A DNA stretch of 36,556 bases, from NCBI GenBank assembly GCA_030612495.1, contig JAUWNT010000002.1:1-36556 (forward strand), read 5' to 3'. The position numbers were made by a program, and so were the translations under genes. Below, in pieces: positions 34,112 through 36,556 of this stretch. This DNA comes from Candidatus Aminicenantes bacterium (GTDB taxonomy: Bacteria > Acidobacteriota > Aminicenantia > UBA2199). The notes below the pieces were generated by a model that worked only from the letters and a program-made list of their open reading frames with translations, made no database searches and was not told the DNA's origin. The first letter of the stretch is position 1. Every line of letters starts with the position of its first letter.

Positions 34112-35302
34112 ATGATTAAACCACATGGTTCTGAAATTTTGAATCCATTGTATGTTTTTGAAGAAGAAAAACGAAATGAACTTTTAAAAGAGGCAGAAAA
34201 ACTTCCGTCAATTGTTTTAAATTCTGCTGCAGCTTCTAATGCGGTGATGCTGGGTTGTGGCTATTTTAATCCTCTTAAGGGATTTATGGATCTTTCTGAT
34301 GCGAAAAATGTTGCACAGAACATGCATACTGTTGATGGGCTTTTCTGGCCGGTTCCTATATTGAATATTGTAAAAGATGTAAAAGAGATATCAGATTCGA
34401 AACGAATTGCTTTAAGAGATCCTAATATTAAAGGCAATCCTGTACTTGCAATTCAGCAGGTTGACGCTATAGAAGAAATTTCTAAAGAAGATAAGGATTT
34501 AATTGTTAAAAAGATTTTTAAAACAGATGATCCAGAGCATCCTGGAGTAGCTAATTTTTATTCTCTTGGTAACTACGTGGTTTCAGGGCCTATTCAAGTG
34601 CTAAATTTTTCATATTTTGAGAAAGATTTTCCAAATACTTTTCGTACAGCTTATCAGATAAGAGAAGAGATATTAAAACTTGGATGGGAAAAAGTTGTAG
34701 CTTTTCAAACTCGAAATCCAATGCACCGTGCTCATGAAGAGTTGTGCAAAATGGCAAAAGAGGCGGTTAATGCTGATGGTATTTTAATTCATATGCTGTT
34801 GGGAAAATTAAAAAAGGGGGATATCCCGGCTGATGTTAGAGATGCAGCTATTCGTAAGATGGTTGAGCTTTATTTCCCTCCTGATACAGTACTAATTACA
34901 GGATATGGCTTTGATATGCTTTATGCTGGGCCCAGAGAGGCTGTCCTTCATGCAATATTTCGTCAAAACTGTGGGTGTACTCATCTTATTGTTGGTCGTG
35001 ACCATGCTGGGGTAGGGAAATATTATGGCCCTTTTGATGCACAGAAGATTTTTGATGAACAAGTCCCGGAACATGCATTGGAAATAAAAATATTTAAAGC
35101 AGATCATACTGCATGGTCTAAAAAGTTGAAAAAGGTAGTTATGATGAGTAGAGTACCTGACCATACTAAAGATGATTTTGTCTTTTTATCTGGAACAAAA
35201 GTTAGAGAGGTGCTCTCAAACGGAGAGGCTTTACCTCCGGAGTTCAGCAGACCTGAGGTTGCGGAAATACTCGGGCACTATTATCGTTCACAAACAGAAT
35301 AA
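34112..35302 (+). CDS. sat: Sulfate adenylyltransferase (ATP sulfurylase), stand-alone homo-oligomeric type
   Basis: 396 aa with signature motifs QTRNPMHRAHEEL and VGRDHAGVG. Confidence 0.93.
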   Translation: MIKPHGSEILNPLYVFEEEKRNELLKEAEKLPSIVLNSAAASNAVMLGCGYFNPLKGFMDLSDAKNVAQNMHTVDGLFWPVPILNIVKDVKEISDSKRIALRDPNIKGNPVLAIQQVDAIEEISKEDKDLIVKKIFKTDDPEHPGVANFYSLGNYVVSGPIQVLNFSYFEKDFPNTFRTAYQIREEILKLGWEKVVAFQTRNPMHRAHEELCKMAKEAVNADGILIHMLLGKLKKGDIPADVRDAAIRKMVELYFPPDTVLITGYGFDMLYAGPREAVLHAIFRQNCGCTHLIVGRDHAGVGKYYGPFDAQKIFDEQVPEHALEIKIFKADHTAWSKKLKKVVMMSRVPDHTKDDFVFLSGTKVREVLSNGEALPPEFSRPEVAEILGHYYRSQTE

Positions 35303-35306
35303 TTCT

Positions 35307-35392
35307 GGGGTCAGGTCTTGTATTTTGCATATATGATAAAATTTAAATATTTCATGTTCATTTGGTATGTGCAAAATACAAGACCTGACCCC
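35307..35392. repeat. REPIN-like palindromic element, copy B
   Basis: GGGGTCAGGTCTTGTATTTTGCA (35307-35329) is the reverse complement of 35370-35392. The internal AT-rich loop is near-identical to copy C. The shared flanks ATAATTCT (5') and TAAAGCCTA (3') extend the repeat. Confidence 0.85.
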
Positions 35393-36360
35393 TAAAGCCT
35401 ATAAAACTTTTTTCCTTTTTTCCAGAAAGATTTAGTATTTACTTTACCCTCAGCATAAAATTTGTGCCAGTCCTCATCAACAGGCATATATTTATACAAA
35501 TTTTCTCGATTTGCCTCAAGTAAAAGTCTTGGTTTATTCATAAAATCAGCTCCGCAAATTACATTTTTCCCTGTTTTTGAAGATAATAAATCTAACCATT
35601 CTATGCCTTTATTACTTCTTAACAAGTGGTGATCAAGGATTAATGTATCAACTGTTTTACAAATGCATTGTGCATTAAACCAGGCTTTATCAATTTGATC
35701 CTGTGTGAGTCTATTTGATAAGTATAGAGGAGGTCCATCCAGAAACAGAATGTCAGGCTTCCACTCACGTATTCGAGACACAGCTTCATTATTGAGAAGT
35801 TCTATGTCAGAGCTATGTACAAATACAAAGTCTTCTTTAATTCTTGTCATTATCACTTTAATTGAATTATCAGACTCTTCTCCATGGGATAATGCTTTTG
35901 AAAAAGATATCTCTCCATCTTCTTTTTCTTCTGCTTCAATTAGATTTTTATTCAAAACATTTGAAAATGAATCTGCTCTTTTAATCTCTTTTAAAGAGAG
36001 GTTCGATAGAGATTTTGTCCAGATTTTAACATCAGGATTAAGCCCTTTTAAATTTTCTATGTTCAGTTGATAAGGGTTTGCATTTTCTAATGGTACATGG
36101 TCTCCGTGAAAATGGCTGATTACAATATCAGTTGATTGTTTCCATCTTTTTATTATTCTTTTTTGAATTCTTTCATCCACTGCTACTTGAAAAGGGTGGG
36201 GGATTAGTCCATATCTGGAATAACCTAAAGCAATACCAGGGTCAATTAAAATTTTTCTTTTTTTTGTCTTTACAAAACAACAGAGGCCTCTAACTCCAAG
36301 AGATTCTGTTCCAATAATTTCTATTTCCATAATTCTGGGGTCAGGTCTTGTATTTTGCAT
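35392..36360 (-). CDS. MBL-fold metallo-hydrolase
   Basis: It has the H-x-H-x-D-H motif (ISHFHGDH) and an N-terminal beta-strand pattern, MEIEIIGTESLGVRGL...ILIDPG. The first 10 codons of the listed ORF (MQNTRPDPRI) are encoded by the palindromic repeat, so the likely true start is ATG 36330. The stop codon abuts copy B. Confidence 0.8.
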   Translation of the reverse strand: MQNTRPDPRIMEIEIIGTESLGVRGLCCFVKTKKRKILIDPGIALGYSRYGLIPHPFQVAVDERIQKRIIKRWKQSTDIVISHFHGDHVPLENANPYQLNIENLKGLNPDVKIWTKSLSNLSLKEIKRADSFSNVLNKNLIEAEEKEDGEISFSKALSHGEESDNSIKVIMTRIKEDFVFVHSSDIELLNNEAVSRIREWKPDILFLDGPPLYLSNRLTQDQIDKAWFNAQCICKTVDTLILDHHLLRSNKGIEWLDLLSSKTGKNVICGADFMNKPRLLLEANRENLYKYMPVDEDWHKFYAEGKVNTKSFWKKGKKFYRL

Positions 36361-36427
36361 TTATGATAAAATTTAAATATTTCATGTTCATTACATTAGG
36401 TATATGCAAAATACAAGACCTGACCCC
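36337..36427. repeat. REPIN-like palindromic element, copy C
   Basis: GGGGTCAGGTCTTGTATTTTGCAT (36337-36360) is the reverse complement of 36404-36427. The loop matches copy B apart from a substitution and a ~5-nt indel, and the 5' and 3' flanks are the same. Confidence 0.85.
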
Positions 36428-36556
36428 TAAAGCCTACAAGCAAGGTAAATATTTTCAAAAAGTTTTTCTAATTTATTTGTTGGAGTTGATGAAAAGGCAA
36501 TTCTTAATAAGTCATTGATAGCTATAACTCCAGTATCATATTTATTTAATAAAATT
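36427..36556 (-). CDS. Possible 3' end of a minus-strand gene running off the window
   Basis: Hand translation of the minus strand is open from the window edge: ...ILLNKYDTGVIAINDLLRIAFSSTPTNKLEKLFENIYLACRL*. The final RL-stop is encoded by the repeat flank, exactly as for the MBL gene. The fragment is too short to identify. Confidence 0.25.
   Translation of the reverse strand, partial: ILLNKYDTGVIAINDLLRIAFSSTPTNKLEKLFENIYLACRL

Noticed and set aside
36331-36360. N-terminal extension MQNTRPDPRI of the MBL-fold hydrolase.
   Set aside because: These codons are the reverse complement of the conserved repeat arm. The same ...RPDP... peptide appears in the repeat-encoded part of the 28987 ORF. 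The Met at 36330 begins the conserved beta-strand, so the extension is most likely an artefact of the repeat being open.
1-36556. Window-wide scan for CRISPR arrays, tRNA/rRNA genes, toxin-antitoxin pairs and recognisable defence-system genes.
   Set aside because: I saw no regularly spaced direct repeats, no tRNA-like GC-rich cloverleaf segments and no nuclease, ATPase or defence signatures. The only repeats are the palindromic elements reported above.

Overview
This is a densely coding, AT-rich chromosomal segment from a diderm bacterium, judged from an outer-membrane beta-barrel protein, MltA, lipoproteins and type IV pilus parts. I cannot assign a taxon from sequence alone.

The housekeeping backbone is:
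- lepA, a coiled-coil SAM methyltransferase, tatA, glmS and ugd on the minus strand
- a class I/II aminotransferase
- ftsY-ribD-ribE-ribBA
- mltA
- sat (ATP sulfurylase)

Four accessory or unusual modules stand out:
1. Inositol-phosphate activation/transfer cluster (10857-15133). It encodes myo-inositol-1-phosphate synthase, a stand-alone IPCT-like nucleotidyltransferase, a flippase-like LPG-synthase-TM-family membrane protein, and an IPCT/DIPPS-like fusion whose nucleotidyltransferase half looks catalytically degenerate.
2. Minor-pilin operon fimU-pilV-pilW-pilX-pilY1 (17735-24216). A coupled Ig-like secreted or lipoprotein lies at its 3' end, and a near-consensus sigma-54 -24/-12 element lies upstream.
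3. AmmeMemoRadiSam module (28987-31688). Memo and AMMECR1 are fused and carry an N-terminal hydrophobic anchor. The coupled radical SAM enzyme carries a twin-arginine-like leader. A second, signal-less Memo paralog sits at the window start.
4. A family of long palindromic REPIN-like elements with conserved GGGGTCAGGTCTTG termini. There are three copies. One lies exactly on a cistron junction and two flank an MBL-fold hydrolase gene as direct repeats. Nearby is a decayed IS200/RAYT-like Y1 transposase gene bracketed by related inverted repeats.

I found no rRNA, tRNA, CRISPR array, FMN riboswitch or glmS ribozyme.
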